Notes under the pieces: model-generated
The model's database searches: none
The model's input: only the letters and a program-made list of their open reading frames with translations
Told to the model about the DNA's origin: nothing
DNA from: Clostridiales bacterium
Lineage (GTDB): Bacteria > Bacillota > Clostridia > Oscillospirales > CAG-272
Length of the DNA: 64,000 bases
NCBI GenBank assembly: GCA_012519315.1
Contig: JAAYQM010000001.1
Span: forward strand, 10,730-74,729
Reading direction: 5' to 3'
Made by a program: the position numbers and the translations under genes
In this document: one piece after another, positions 9,817 to 20,592 of the stretch
How the letters are laid out: each line of letters starts with the position of its first letter
Position numbering within the stretch: position 1 is the stretch's first letter

Positions 9817-10494
9817 ATGATTGAATTCAAAAATGTAAAAAAAGTATATAAAAACGGAACAGTTGCTCTTGATAATGTAAACCTGAAAATCGACGACGGA
9901 GAATTTGTTTTTATAGTTGGGGAATCTGGTGCAGGAAAAACCACGATGATGAAGCTGCTTTTGCGCGAGGAGAAGGTGACCTCGGGTAAGCTTATCGTAA
10001 ATGGACACAATCTCGCAAAACTGTCCTCCTTTAGAGTTCCCCGATATCGGCGGGAGATTGGAGTTGTTTTTCAAGATTTCAGACTGTTCAAAAATAAAAC
10101 TGTTTATGAAAACGTTGCGTTCGCCATGCGCGTTCTTGGCGTTCCCGCAAAGTTGATAAGAAAACGCGTACCTGCTATATTGAGCACTGTCAATCTGGCC
10201 GATAAGCAGCATCGCTTCCCTAGCGAGCTGTCGGGGGGTGAGCAGCAGCGCGTTGCACTGGCTCGTGCTCTCGCCAACAATCCTAAAACGATTATTGCCG
10301 ACGAACCTACCGGCAACATTGACCCGAAGCTCAGTCTTGAAATTATGAATCTGCTTATAAAGATCAACAAACTGAACAAAACTGTGATAGTGGTTACCCA
10401 TGAAAAAAATCTTGTCGATTATTATCAGCAGCGGGTCGTTCGGCTAAGTGACGGCAAGATATATGAGGATAGAGTGGGAGGAATGTTCAGTTGA
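9817..10494 (+). CDS. ftsE: Cell-division ABC ATPase FtsE
   Basis: Walker [10 protein letters not shown], signature [15 protein letters not shown], Walker [12 protein letters not shown]. Its stop overlaps the ftsX start. Confidence 0.9.
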   Translation: MIEFKNVKKVYKNGTVALDNVNLKIDDGEFVFIVGESGAGKTTMMKLLLREEKVTSGKLIVNGHNLAKLSSFRVPRYRREIGVVFQDFRLFKNKTVYENVAFAMRVLGVPAKLIRKRVPAILSTVNLADKQHRFPSELSGGEQQRVALARALANNPKTIIADEPTGNIDPKLSLEIMNLLIKINKLNKTVIVVTHEKNLVDYYQQRVVRLSDGKIYEDRVGGMFS

Positions 10495-11381
10495 AAAGAT
10501 ACAGCCCTTTTTATTTTATAGGACAGGCCTTCCAGGGATTGTGGCGCAACAGTGTTATGAGTATAGCATCTATTGCCGTGCTTCTCAGTTGCCTTGTGGT
10601 AATGGGCGGCTTTGCGTTACTGGTAAAAAATATTGATTTCAACCTTGAAAAAATCGGATTGTTGAATGAGATTGTTGTCTTTCTGGAGGAGGATGTCACC
10701 GAAGAGGATATTTCCCGGATAGACGCTGAGATTAATAGTCTTGAAAATGTCGCAAAGGTTGAATTTATCTCGAAGGAAAGGGCTCTTCAAGAATTTATGG
10801 AAGAGTATTCCGAATACGGCGAAATCCTGGAAGAGGCGGATGAGCTTAGCAACCCGCTTCCGGACTCATTTGTTATCACCTATCAGGACAATTCAAAGGT
10901 AACCACCTTACAGTATCATCTCACCCATATGGAGGGGATCGAAAAGGTAAAAAGCAGACAGGATCTGTCCGCGACAATAGAAAATTTTAAAAGCGGGGTT
11001 ACCCTGATATTCTCCTGGTTTTTGATTATTCTTTTTATCGTCAGCATTTTTGTTATCATCAACACAGTAAAGCTTGCTGTATTTGCACGTCGTGATGAGA
11101 TCAGCATCATGCGTTATATTGGAGCATCCAGGTGGTTTATTTTTACACCTTTTATACTCGAGGGGGTTATAATCGGCCTTGTCTCGAGCGCGATTGCCTT
11201 TTTTATTGAAGGCTACATCTATTCCTATGTTGAAAAAATGGTTATTACCGATATTAAGATGATTGAAATCATCCCTTATGATAATTTGTCAACACCGGTA
11301 TTGCTGGGCTTTATCGGGATCGGCGTTTTAACGGGGATAGTAGGAAGCAGTATATCACTTCGCAGATACATTGAAGTATAA
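10491..11381 (+). CDS. ftsX: Cell-division permease-like protein FtsX
   Basis: TTGA start/stop overlap with ftsE. One TM helix, an extracellular domain, then three TM helices. Has the motif EISIMRYIGAS. Confidence 0.85.
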   Translation: MKRYSPFYFIGQAFQGLWRNSVMSIASIAVLLSCLVVMGGFALLVKNIDFNLEKIGLLNEIVVFLEEDVTEEDISRIDAEINSLENVAKVEFISKERALQEFMEEYSEYGEILEEADELSNPLPDSFVITYQDNSKVTTLQYHLTHMEGIEKVKSRQDLSATIENFKSGVTLIFSWFLIILFIVSIFVIINTVKLAVFARRDEISIMRYIGASRWFIFTPFILEGVIIGLVSSAIAFFIEGYIYSYVEKMVITDIKMIEIIPYDNLSTPVLLGFIGIGVLTGIVGSSISLRRYIEV

Positions 11382-11397
11382 TGCTTTAGAAAAAAGG

Positions 11398-12645
11398 ATG
11401 GAAAGTAAAATGATGGAGACAAAATCCAGCAGTAGGAAACGTCATTTTGTTAATATTATCTCAAAAGTTTTCTGTATTTTGTTGGTGGGAGTATTTTTAG
11501 TAAACATTAATTGTTTTAATCACCACCAAGTAAAAGCCGCCTCTGATTTGTCGGACGCAAAGTCGAAGGCAATGGAGGAGACGATTGCAGAGCTTAAAAG
11601 ACAGATGAACGAAGTTGACGGTGATATTAAAAAGGCGGAGAAAGAACAGGCATCCACACAAGAAAAAGTCAAAAATGTGGAGAAGCTACTCAATTTGACC
11701 CAGGAAAAAATTGCAGTCACCCTTTCTTTGCTTGACGAATATGAACGTCAAATAGATGAGACCCTTAAGACCATTGATGAAAAAGAAAAGAGACTTGCCA
11801 ACCTCCGGGAGAAATTCTTAGAGCGTATGCGCATCACCTATGAGGGCGGAGAAGCAACCTACCTTGAAATGATTTTGGGGGCAAAAAGCCTATCCGATTT
11901 CCTCTCTCGGGTCGAACTTGTCGGCAGCATGCTGGAATATGATGCAAAGCTTATAAAACAATATAAAACCGAAAAAAAGGATCTTGCCGATACAAAGGCC
12001 GCGCTTGAAGTAAAGCTTGCCGAGCAGCAAGAGGCGCACGCCGATCTGATTGCCGAGCAAGAGGAGATGGAACGGCAGATAAAAAAATACGAGTCATACA
12101 TAGCTGATCTTAAACAAGCAGAGGCTGAACTGCGTGCCAAGTATCAGAATTTCAAAAAAGCGGCGGACGAAGAAAACGCCAGACTTCAGAAATATCTCAA
12201 GGAGCTTGAGGAAAAGAACAAGCAGCAATATGTCGGCGGCGAATTTATGTGGCCGGTTCCGATTAATTTTACATATATCAGCAGCAAATATGGAGGGAGA
12301 ACCTTATACGGTATGTATGACTTCCACCTTGGGATAGATATTGCCGGTTATGGTATCTTCGGCGCACCTATCTATGCCGTAAATGACGGTACGGTGGAAA
12401 TAGCGACATCGCATTATAGCTATGGCAATTATGTTCTGATAAGCCACGGCGGCGGTCGCGCTACCCTTTATGCTCACTGCAGCAGCTTGGCTGTCAAGGC
12501 CGGACAATCGGTTAAAAAAGGGCAGGTTATCGGATATGTCGGATCAACAGGTAATTCGACAGGTCCTCATCTCCACTTTGAAATACGTATTAACGGCTAT
12601 ACCGTGGATCCCTTGACATCGGGACTTATAGTTGTGCCTAAATAA
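11398..12645 (+). CDS. Coiled-coil M23 (LytM) peptidoglycan endopeptidase, PcsB/EnvC-like FtsEX partner
   Basis: Signal/TM segment, about 230 aa of heptad-rich coiled coil, then an M23 domain with intact HLGID (HxxxD) and HLHFE (HxH) motifs. The start is uncertain (11371, 11398 or 11410). Confidence 0.8.
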   Translation: MESKMMETKSSSRKRHFVNIISKVFCILLVGVFLVNINCFNHHQVKAASDLSDAKSKAMEETIAELKRQMNEVDGDIKKAEKEQASTQEKVKNVEKLLNLTQEKIAVTLSLLDEYERQIDETLKTIDEKEKRLANLREKFLERMRITYEGGEATYLEMILGAKSLSDFLSRVELVGSMLEYDAKLIKQYKTEKKDLADTKAALEVKLAEQQEAHADLIAEQEEMERQIKKYESYIADLKQAEAELRAKYQNFKKAADEENARLQKYLKELEEKNKQQYVGGEFMWPVPINFTYISSKYGGRTLYGMYDFHLGIDIAGYGIFGAPIYAVNDGTVEIATSHYSYGNYVLISHGGGRATLYAHCSSLAVKAGQSVKKGQVIGYVGSTGNSTGPHLHFEIRINGYTVDPLTSGLIVVPK

Positions 12646-12687
12646 AATTTACTTGAATATTTTACAGAATTGATACATACTATTATT

Positions 12688-12722
12688 ATGATTTCCCATC
12701 GTGTTGTGCGATGGGAAATCAT
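12688..12722 (+). terminator. Perfect 14-bp hairpin downstream of the M23 peptidase gene, with no clear U-tract
   Basis: atgatttcccatcg / cgatgggaaatcat with a 7-nt loop. Confidence 0.4.
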
Positions 12723-12875
12723 AGCATATGAAAAAAACAACCCTGCAAAAGCCAAGCCGCGCATCTTGAATAAAATCGGTTGCCGGCAAATCTTTTTGGG
12801 GTTGCAATTTATTATCTGCCGGATCTTTTCGAATGTCGGCAGATCTCTATTTACAAAGAAAGCAAGGTTTGTATT

Positions 12876-14078
12876 ATGTCGAAAAAAGTACCGCTGGGGC
12901 TGACCTTATTGCTAATTGTTTTCACTGCGCTTGTCACTTTTTTGTCTACCTTTGTCGGGGTTGGAATCTGGTCAAAATCAAGCTCCGGGATTGCCGACGG
13001 CAATTCGGAGCTGTATAATAAACTGCGGTCGGTGGATGACTTGTTTCGGACTTATTATATCAATGAAATGGATGAGGACAGCATAATCGACGGAATTATC
13101 GCCGGATATGTCGCAGGCAGCGGAGATAAATACGCTGCTTACTTTAATAAAGAGGATTATGCCGCCTTTATCAGTGATAATAACGCACAGCTTCAGGGAA
13201 TCGGTGTTCATGTGATATATAATGCTGATTTTCGTGCAATTGAGGTAATAAATGTAATGCCTAATTCCCCTGCCCTTGAGGCCGGTGTTATGCCGGGGGA
13301 TATTATTATCTCGGTGGGCGATAAAAGCGTGGCTACACTCGGTTATTATGGGGCGGTCAGTGCCATGCGCGGGGATGCCGGAACCTATGCGGTCTTTACC
13401 GTTTTGCGTGGGGATGACTATTCAGAACAGAAGGAGTTTAGCATTGAACGGGGCTATGTGACCGAACAAACGGTAATATCGAGACTGTATGAAGCCGACC
13501 CGACAATCGGTATTGTGCGTATCCTTCAATTTGATGCCGGCACGCCCGGTCAGTTTATCGAGGCTCTTGAGACCCTTCAGTCACAAGGCGCCGGCAAGTT
13601 TGTCCTTGATGTTCGGTATAACCCCGGGGGAGATTTGCAGGCGATCTGCAAGGTGTTGGACTATCTTCTCCCGGAGGGGCCCATTGTCCGCACTGTTTAT
13701 AAAAACGGGCAGGAGAATGTCATTAATTCAGACGCAAATGAGTTTAAGTACCCCATGGCGGTTTTGATCAACGGCAGTACCGCCAGTGCCGGTGAGCTTT
13801 TCGCATCGGCGCTTAAGGATTACAACAAGGCGACCCTTGTAGGTGTTACCACTTATGGCAAGGGAACCATGCAATCGATTATCAAGTTGGCCGATGACAG
13901 CGCCGTCAGCATTTCGGTAGCCCTTTACAATCCGCCTTTTTCCGATAATTATGAGGGAGTCGGAGTAAAGCCGGATATAGAGATTGAAATGCCGGAGCAC
14001 CTTAAAAATGTTAACATCTATAAAATCTCGGACGAGGAAGATACCCAACTGCTTGAGGCGATAAAGGTACTGTCCTGA
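12876..14078 (+). CDS. S41 carboxy-terminal processing peptidase (CtpA/CtpB-like) with a PDZ domain
   Basis: N-terminal TM helix. PDZ region (PNSPALEAGVMPGDIIISVG). Catalytic Ser context NGSTASAGELFA and Lys context TYGKGTMQ. Confidence 0.85.
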   Translation: MSKKVPLGLTLLLIVFTALVTFLSTFVGVGIWSKSSSGIADGNSELYNKLRSVDDLFRTYYINEMDEDSIIDGIIAGYVAGSGDKYAAYFNKEDYAAFISDNNAQLQGIGVHVIYNADFRAIEVINVMPNSPALEAGVMPGDIIISVGDKSVATLGYYGAVSAMRGDAGTYAVFTVLRGDDYSEQKEFSIERGYVTEQTVISRLYEADPTIGIVRILQFDAGTPGQFIEALETLQSQGAGKFVLDVRYNPGGDLQAICKVLDYLLPEGPIVRTVYKNGQENVINSDANEFKYPMAVLINGSTASAGELFASALKDYNKATLVGVTTYGKGTMQSIIKLADDSAVSISVALYNPPFSDNYEGVGVKPDIEIEMPEHLKNVNIYKISDEEDTQLLEAIKVLS

Positions 14079-14244
14079 TTAAAAAAGAAGATCAGGATAG
14101 TTCATTTTGCATATATTATGTAGTAAACAGAGCAGAGGGAAACAATAGATACTTTCTTTTCGTGAAAGGTGTCAACAAAACGATGCATTTTGCATAGAGT
14201 TTATCAAGAAAAAATATTAACACGATTGAATTGGAGATAGAAGA

Positions 14245-14730
14245 ATGATGACAAAACAGATGCTCTTCACCGAGACAGGTTACAAAGCATTGGTAGAAGA
14301 ACTTGACTATTTAAAAAACATAAAACGACGCGAAGTAAAAGAAAACCTTGCTACCGCACGTTCATATGGCGACCTTTCGGAGAATAGCGAGTATGACGAG
14401 GCAAGAAATGAACAGGCGAAGGTTGAGGCAAGAATTAACGAGCTTGAGTATATTATTTTGCATGCAAAGGTGATTGACGAATCTCAGGTACAGGAGGATG
14501 TGGTCAGCATAGGCTCGATAGTGAGGGTTCAGGATTTGGATTTTGATGAGGAAATCGAGTATGCCATTGTTGGTTCTAATGAGGCTGATCCTATGGAAGG
14601 TAAAATTTCCAACCATTCTCCCATTGGTGTTGCTCTGATGGGCAAGCGCACCGGTGATGAGGTGGTAGCACATACGCCCGGCGGAGATATTAAAATGAAA
14701 ATTTTAGATGTCAGCCGAGCAAAACAATAA
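14245..14730 (+). CDS. greA: Transcription elongation factor GreA
   Basis: Has ARSYGDLSENSEYDEARNEQ (acidic tip of the coiled coil) and the C-terminal ISNHSPIGVALMGKRTGDEV. Confidence 0.9.
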   Translation: MMTKQMLFTETGYKALVEELDYLKNIKRREVKENLATARSYGDLSENSEYDEARNEQAKVEARINELEYIILHAKVIDESQVQEDVVSIGSIVRVQDLDFDEEIEYAIVGSNEADPMEGKISNHSPIGVALMGKRTGDEVVAHTPGGDIKMKILDVSRAKQ

Positions 14731-14840
14731 GATTCACAATTGTAAATATATCATAATAAAAAATGTGTAACAACGCTAAAATAGCGACTGTATGAAATCT
14801 TGATAAGGAAAAACGGCTGATTTGTAATATTTTAATATAA

Positions 14841-16352
<1,512 letters not shown>

Positions 16353-16456
16353 TCAAGAGGCCTTTTGATTATCAGCTTTGCCGAAAAGCAGCTTGTACCG
16401 GAGAAGATTGTTCTTTGGTATAAGGAAGACTGCATTTTAATAGTAGAGGACAAAAA

Positions 16457-17227
16457 ATGAGATCGGAAGAAAAGATACCTGCACCGCCCGTAGATCCGGG
16501 TGACAAATTTTTCAAGTGGTTGGATAATTTTTGGTACCATTATAAGTGGCATACCATTATTGCTGTTTTTGCTATTATTGTGGTTATAGTGGGCATATCT
16601 CAGGTTGTGTCAAAGGGAACGGCTGATGTAGGTGTTATTTATGGCGGACCAAGGCTTCTTTCACTTGCCGAGCAGAGGGCTGTTGAGTCGGCAGTGCGAC
16701 AGGTGATGGAAGACTATAACCAAGACGGAAAGCTTGTTGTGGAATTTGTTTCTCTTATGCTGATGTCTGACGAGCAAATTCAGGCGGCTTATGACGAGGC
16801 TGAAAAAAGGGGAGAGGAATACTTTGCAAACGCTCAGTTCATGCGTGAAGAGCTGAAAAAATTCGACAATCTTATCATGGCAGGTGACTCCCTTTTGTGC
16901 CTGCTTGATCCGTTTCTTTATAACCGGGTGTTGGACAGCGGCGGATTTATTCCTCTTTCTGAGATATTTGACGAGTTGCCCGAGAGTGCGGTTGATGAGT
17001 ATGGCATCCTTCTTTCTGATACCGAATTCGGTCAATACTTTGACGGGGTCAACACCCTGCCCGGGGATACGATTCTGTGCATTCGGACGATTCCCACATT
17101 TTCCTTCATCAAGGGAAAAAAAAGGACAGAAGCCTATCACGGCCATCATGTAGAATTGCTGCGGGCGATTGTGGCCTTTGAGTTCCCTGAGGGATATGTA
17201 CCTGATACTACCGGGGAAAATTCATAA
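16457..17227 (+). CDS. Hypothetical membrane-anchored protein (one N-terminal TM helix, extracytoplasmic domain)
   Basis: TM helix WHTIIAVFAIIVVIVGISQVV. No recognisable motif. Confidence 0.5.
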   Translation: MRSEEKIPAPPVDPGDKFFKWLDNFWYHYKWHTIIAVFAIIVVIVGISQVVSKGTADVGVIYGGPRLLSLAEQRAVESAVRQVMEDYNQDGKLVVEFVSLMLMSDEQIQAAYDEAEKRGEEYFANAQFMREELKKFDNLIMAGDSLLCLLDPFLYNRVLDSGGFIPLSEIFDELPESAVDEYGILLSDTEFGQYFDGVNTLPGDTILCIRTIPTFSFIKGKKRTEAYHGHHVELLRAIVAFEFPEGYVPDTTGENS

Positions 17228-17463
17228 TCACAGATGGATCTTCAATATAATTATCACTCCTTTCGAACAGCGGGTAGAATTGCAGAGGACGAAATTTAAG
17301 GATGAAATATTAATCAATCAAGTCACAATTATTTGGTCCTTTCATAATATGATATCAGAAGGGCAGAAAGCAAAGGTTAAGAGCCCGACGAAATGCCCTC
17401 TGCATCACCACATTGCGGAATGCTTTGTGATTGGCGTATTTTGAAAGGAGGATAAAACTTCTA

Positions 17464-17556
17464 ATGAACAACTGCCTGTGCAATATCTTTGACAATGAAT
17501 GCATTTGGATAATCATAATCGCTTTGATTATCGTTTTCTGCTGCTGCTGCTGCTGA
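17464..17556 (+). CDS. Candidate 30-aa Cys-rich single-TM micropeptide (8 Cys), not in the ORF track
   Basis: Manual translation gives MNNCLCNIFDNECIWIIIIALIIVFCCCCC. Strong RBS gaaaggagg 9 nt upstream. A strong terminator lies about 60 nt downstream. Confidence 0.45.
   Translation: MNNCLCNIFDNECIWIIIIALIIVFCCCCC
17538..17555 (+). repeat. (CTG)6 trinucleotide repeat, read as (TGC)5 = CCCCC in the peptide frame
   Basis: ctgctgctgctgctgctg, read directly from the sequence. Confidence 0.95.
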
Positions 17557-17618
17557 TAGACTATAAAGTAGCATAGAGCTAAATTAATAATAAAAGGATG
17601 TCGATCAAGGACATTCCG

Positions 17619-17643
17619 CCCCCCTCATTGAGGGGGGTTTTTT
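17619..17643 (+). terminator. Intrinsic terminator after the micropeptide ORF
   Basis: cccccctc / gagggggg stem (8 bp, GC-rich) followed by T6. Confidence 0.7.
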
Positions 17644-17798
17644 GTTCAGAAAATAAGGAGCGGCGATTTCGTATAAAGCTGTTGAAAAGCCATTGCCGAC
17701 GATGGAGGAAAATGAGAAATTGCCGATACGACGGTTTCTCCGGTTTTGTCCGTTTGTTATAAGTCTTAGACTTAAGGAGATTTATTGCAAAAAAATTC

Positions 17799-17827
17799 GC
17801 ATATGATTGTATCCCGGCGCATATAAT
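17799..17827 (+). promoter_or_regulatory. Sigma-E-like (mother-cell) promoter candidate
   Basis: GCATATG, 14 nt spacer, CATATAAT. Compared with my recollection of the B. subtilis sigma-E consensus (kmATATT-N14-CATACAhT). It lies 34 nt upstream of the DUF3794/LysM start codon. Confidence 0.35.
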
Positions 17828-17860
17828 TTAGCAAACAAATACCGCAAAGGAGCACTAAAT

Positions 17861-19486
17861 ATGGACAAAACATCAAATATTCCGGGACGGGGATTTACCC
17901 TTTCACCCGATGAAGCTCTGGTGCAGTACGATATCGTTAACGATTGTATTTATACCGAAAGTGTCGGTGATTTTGTGCTGCCCGATTATTTACCTGAAAT
18001 CCGGCGGATACTGCGTGTCAGCTCACGCATTTTGCCGGCCGGGAAATACATAGGAGGAGCGAAGGCCGAGTTTGCCGGTACCGTTGTGCATTCGGTTATT
18101 TATACCGGTGAGACAGGAGCCCTTGCGGCGGCAAATTTATCGTCCGATTACGAGTTTTCGGTGCCCCTCGGCGAGCAGGCGCAAAATTGCGATCCTATCG
18201 TATATGCGAAGAGCGAGATTGATTCGGTTGTTTGCCGGCTCGGCGGACCGAGGAAACTGAGTATTCGGACAAAAATTAAGGCATGCCCGCATATTCTGTG
18301 TCAGCAATCCCTTGAGGAGCGGATTGAAGGGCGGGAAACCGCAGAGGATGAGTTTTCTATCGAGCGATTGACAAGGAATGAAAAAACAATGCATACGGCA
18401 TATGGCGCGATGCAGGATATCCAGCTTAGCGATAATATAAAGCTGGACGGGCGGGATGCCGCTAATGTGCAGCCGGTGCAGTGTGAGGGCGTTGTGCATA
18501 TCGTAGAATCTAAGGCAACTAACGGTGGGGTAAATGTTCGGGGCGAGGTTTGGATCAGGTGTCTGTGCAATGAGCAAGGGGAGGAAGAAGTTCATCCCTT
18601 TTTGATAACCAGGCGTATCCCTTTTGATCAATTTGTGGAGATAGAAGGGGTTACAAAGGATTATGAGAGCCGGACCATCGGACGTTGCTCGGCTATTGAT
18701 ATTGTCTGCGATCCTGAAGGGGCGGGGGGAATGACCTGCGATGTAACAATTGATCTGGAGACCGAGGCTGTGAAAAATGAGGGCATTACCCTGACGGAGG
18801 ATCTGTATTCTACCCAATATCAATGCGATTGTGAGTATCGTGATGTTGTCCTGACCTCCCTTGTCCGCTGTACTGAGGGGAATTTCTCGGTAAGCGGAAG
18901 CATGGAGCGCACCGAAGGGGATGCCGCACGTGCTGTGGCCGTTGTTGATATCGGAGGGAGCGCACAGGTAGAAAGCATGGATCTTTCACACGGTCGTTGT
19001 ATTATTAGCGGAACATGCAAAATAAACGCGCTGCTTTTATGTGCTCCTGAAAATCCGGAGAGCAACAGTTCAAATGAGCTGACAAATGCGGAGTTTATCT
19101 TCCCGTTTAAGGTGGAATTTGAGAATGTCGAGGTCGGCGGACAATATGAATGGGATTGTCCGGCGGAGATTATTACCGGAAGAGGGCGGCTGGACGGCAA
19201 TCAGCTTTATGCTGACATGGAGATTGCCCTATGCCCGAGAATAATCGAAAAGAAGAAGATACGTACGATTGCCAGAGCACGGTTGAATAAGGATATGCCT
19301 GTCGAAAAGGATGGAGCCTCCCTCAGAATTTATTATCCGGAGCAAAGAGAAACTCTTTGGGAGGTGGCAAAGCGTCACCATGCCTCTCGTAAGGTGTTGG
19401 CTGAGTTGAACGAATTGGATGCGATCAGTATGAATGACTGCAATTGCTGTCATTCGTTGGACGGTCTCTCCTATTTGATTATTTGA
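17861..19486 (+). CDS. DUF3794-repeat protein with a C-terminal LysM domain (SipL/SpoVID-like spore-coat morphogenetic candidate)
   Basis: Has VLPDYLPEIRRILRV (DUF3794-type). C-terminal LysM: LRIYYPEQRETLWEVAKRHHASRKVLAELNEL. RBS aaaggag. Confidence 0.65.
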   Translation: MDKTSNIPGRGFTLSPDEALVQYDIVNDCIYTESVGDFVLPDYLPEIRRILRVSSRILPAGKYIGGAKAEFAGTVVHSVIYTGETGALAAANLSSDYEFSVPLGEQAQNCDPIVYAKSEIDSVVCRLGGPRKLSIRTKIKACPHILCQQSLEERIEGRETAEDEFSIERLTRNEKTMHTAYGAMQDIQLSDNIKLDGRDAANVQPVQCEGVVHIVESKATNGGVNVRGEVWIRCLCNEQGEEEVHPFLITRRIPFDQFVEIEGVTKDYESRTIGRCSAIDIVCDPEGAGGMTCDVTIDLETEAVKNEGITLTEDLYSTQYQCDCEYRDVVLTSLVRCTEGNFSVSGSMERTEGDAARAVAVVDIGGSAQVESMDLSHGRCIISGTCKINALLLCAPENPESNSSNELTNAEFIFPFKVEFENVEVGGQYEWDCPAEIITGRGRLDGNQLYADMEIALCPRIIEKKKIRTIARARLNKDMPVEKDGASLRIYYPEQRETLWEVAKRHHASRKVLAELNELDAISMNDCNCCHSLDGLSYLII

Positions 19487-19500
19487 GGCAAGCAAACAGC

Positions 19501-19544
19501 ACGCCCCTCAAGGTCTGTATAGACCTTGAGGGGCGTGCTTTTTT
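19501..19544 (+). terminator. Intrinsic terminator
   Basis: Perfect 16-bp stem acgcccctcaaggtct / agaccttgaggggcgt, 4-nt loop, then a T-run. Confidence 0.85.
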
Positions 19545-19748
19545 ATGACGGCTGTTCTCGAGGGTTTATTTGTATGGTAATAGGGAAGAATATATGGTAT
19601 AATGATCCCAAGAAAAGATAACGCAATTCGCCGCTGGCGAATTTAGAAATTTGCCGCACTAAGTAGCGTAAAGCTGTGAGTGGCTGCAAATTTATGGTAT
19701 TAGTAAGCGTGACGATAGCTTATAAAATATAGCTGAAACGGAGAATCT

Positions 19749-20585
19749 ATGAAAACCCTGTATATTTCAGATCTTGACGGTACTTTGCTTAATTCATCCG
19801 CGGCTTTGACTCCTTTTGCGATAGAAACACTCAATCGCCTCATTGAAGAGGGTATGCATTTCACCGTTGCAACCGCAAGAACAAGCGCCACGGTTACCCA
19901 TATGCTGGCCGATGTGGCAATGAAGGTGCCTGTTGTTCTGATGAATGGTGTTGCGATTTATGATATGGCGCAGGGCTGTTATGTTGAGACAAACAATATC
20001 CCTGAGCAATCACGAGCTTTTATATTTGAGGTGCTGCGATCGGAGGGGCTGGAGGGATTTCTATATGTAATTGAGGACAATGTGCTGTCAACCTTTTATG
20101 AGAAGATTGACTCCCCTCACGCAAAGCTTTTTGTTGAGGAGCGGGTGAGCCGCTTTGGAAAAAGCTTTGTAAAGGTCGATTCCTTCTACAGCTGCGCTGA
20201 TAAAAATGTTGTTTATTATTCTGTTGTCGATACCAAGGAAAGGCTGCAATCGGCATATGAGAGGCTGAAGAGGGACAGTCGGATTTGTGTAGAGTTTTAT
20301 CGTGATATTTACTATCCTGAACACTGGTATCTTGAAATTTGCTCAAGACTTGCATCAAAGTTTCATGCGGTGCAACGCCTGCGCAGAGGATACGGCTTTG
20401 ATAAAGTGGTGAGCTTTGGGGATAATTATAACGATCTTTCCCTCTTTGAGGCGAGTGATGAGTGCTATGCCGTTGAGAATGCGAAGCCTGAGGTGAAGGC
20501 AAGGGCAACCGGTGTTATCGGGGATAATGGCAACGACGCCGTTCCTCGATGGTTGCTAAAAAATTATAATAAATCAAAAGATTGA
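19749..20585 (+). CDS. Cof-type HAD-IIB phosphatase
   Basis: Has ISDLDGTLL (motif I), TVATAR, and GDNYNDLSLF (motif III/IV). Confidence 0.8.
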   Translation: MKTLYISDLDGTLLNSSAALTPFAIETLNRLIEEGMHFTVATARTSATVTHMLADVAMKVPVVLMNGVAIYDMAQGCYVETNNIPEQSRAFIFEVLRSEGLEGFLYVIEDNVLSTFYEKIDSPHAKLFVEERVSRFGKSFVKVDSFYSCADKNVVYYSVVDTKERLQSAYERLKRDSRICVEFYRDIYYPEHWYLEICSRLASKFHAVQRLRRGYGFDKVVSFGDNYNDLSLFEASDECYAVENAKPEVKARATGVIGDNGNDAVPRWLLKNYNKSKD

Positions 20586-20592
20586 AGGCAAA

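Noticed and set aside
9607-10401. 264-aa minus-strand ORF
   Set aside because: It is entirely antisense to ftsE, which has Walker A, signature and Walker B motifs. Its translation is low-complexity and Cys/Phe-rich with no motifs. It is a typical shadow ORF.
17169-17444. 91-aa plus-strand ORF downstream of the 16457-17227 gene
   Set aside because: It overlaps the preceding gene's 3' end. It has no RBS and an implausible composition. The region more likely holds the promoter or leader of the Cys-rich micropeptide.
18137-18823. 228-aa minus-strand ORF (and 18820-19200, 126 aa)
   Set aside because: It is antisense to the DUF3794/LysM gene. The plus-strand frame has the RBS, family motifs and terminator.
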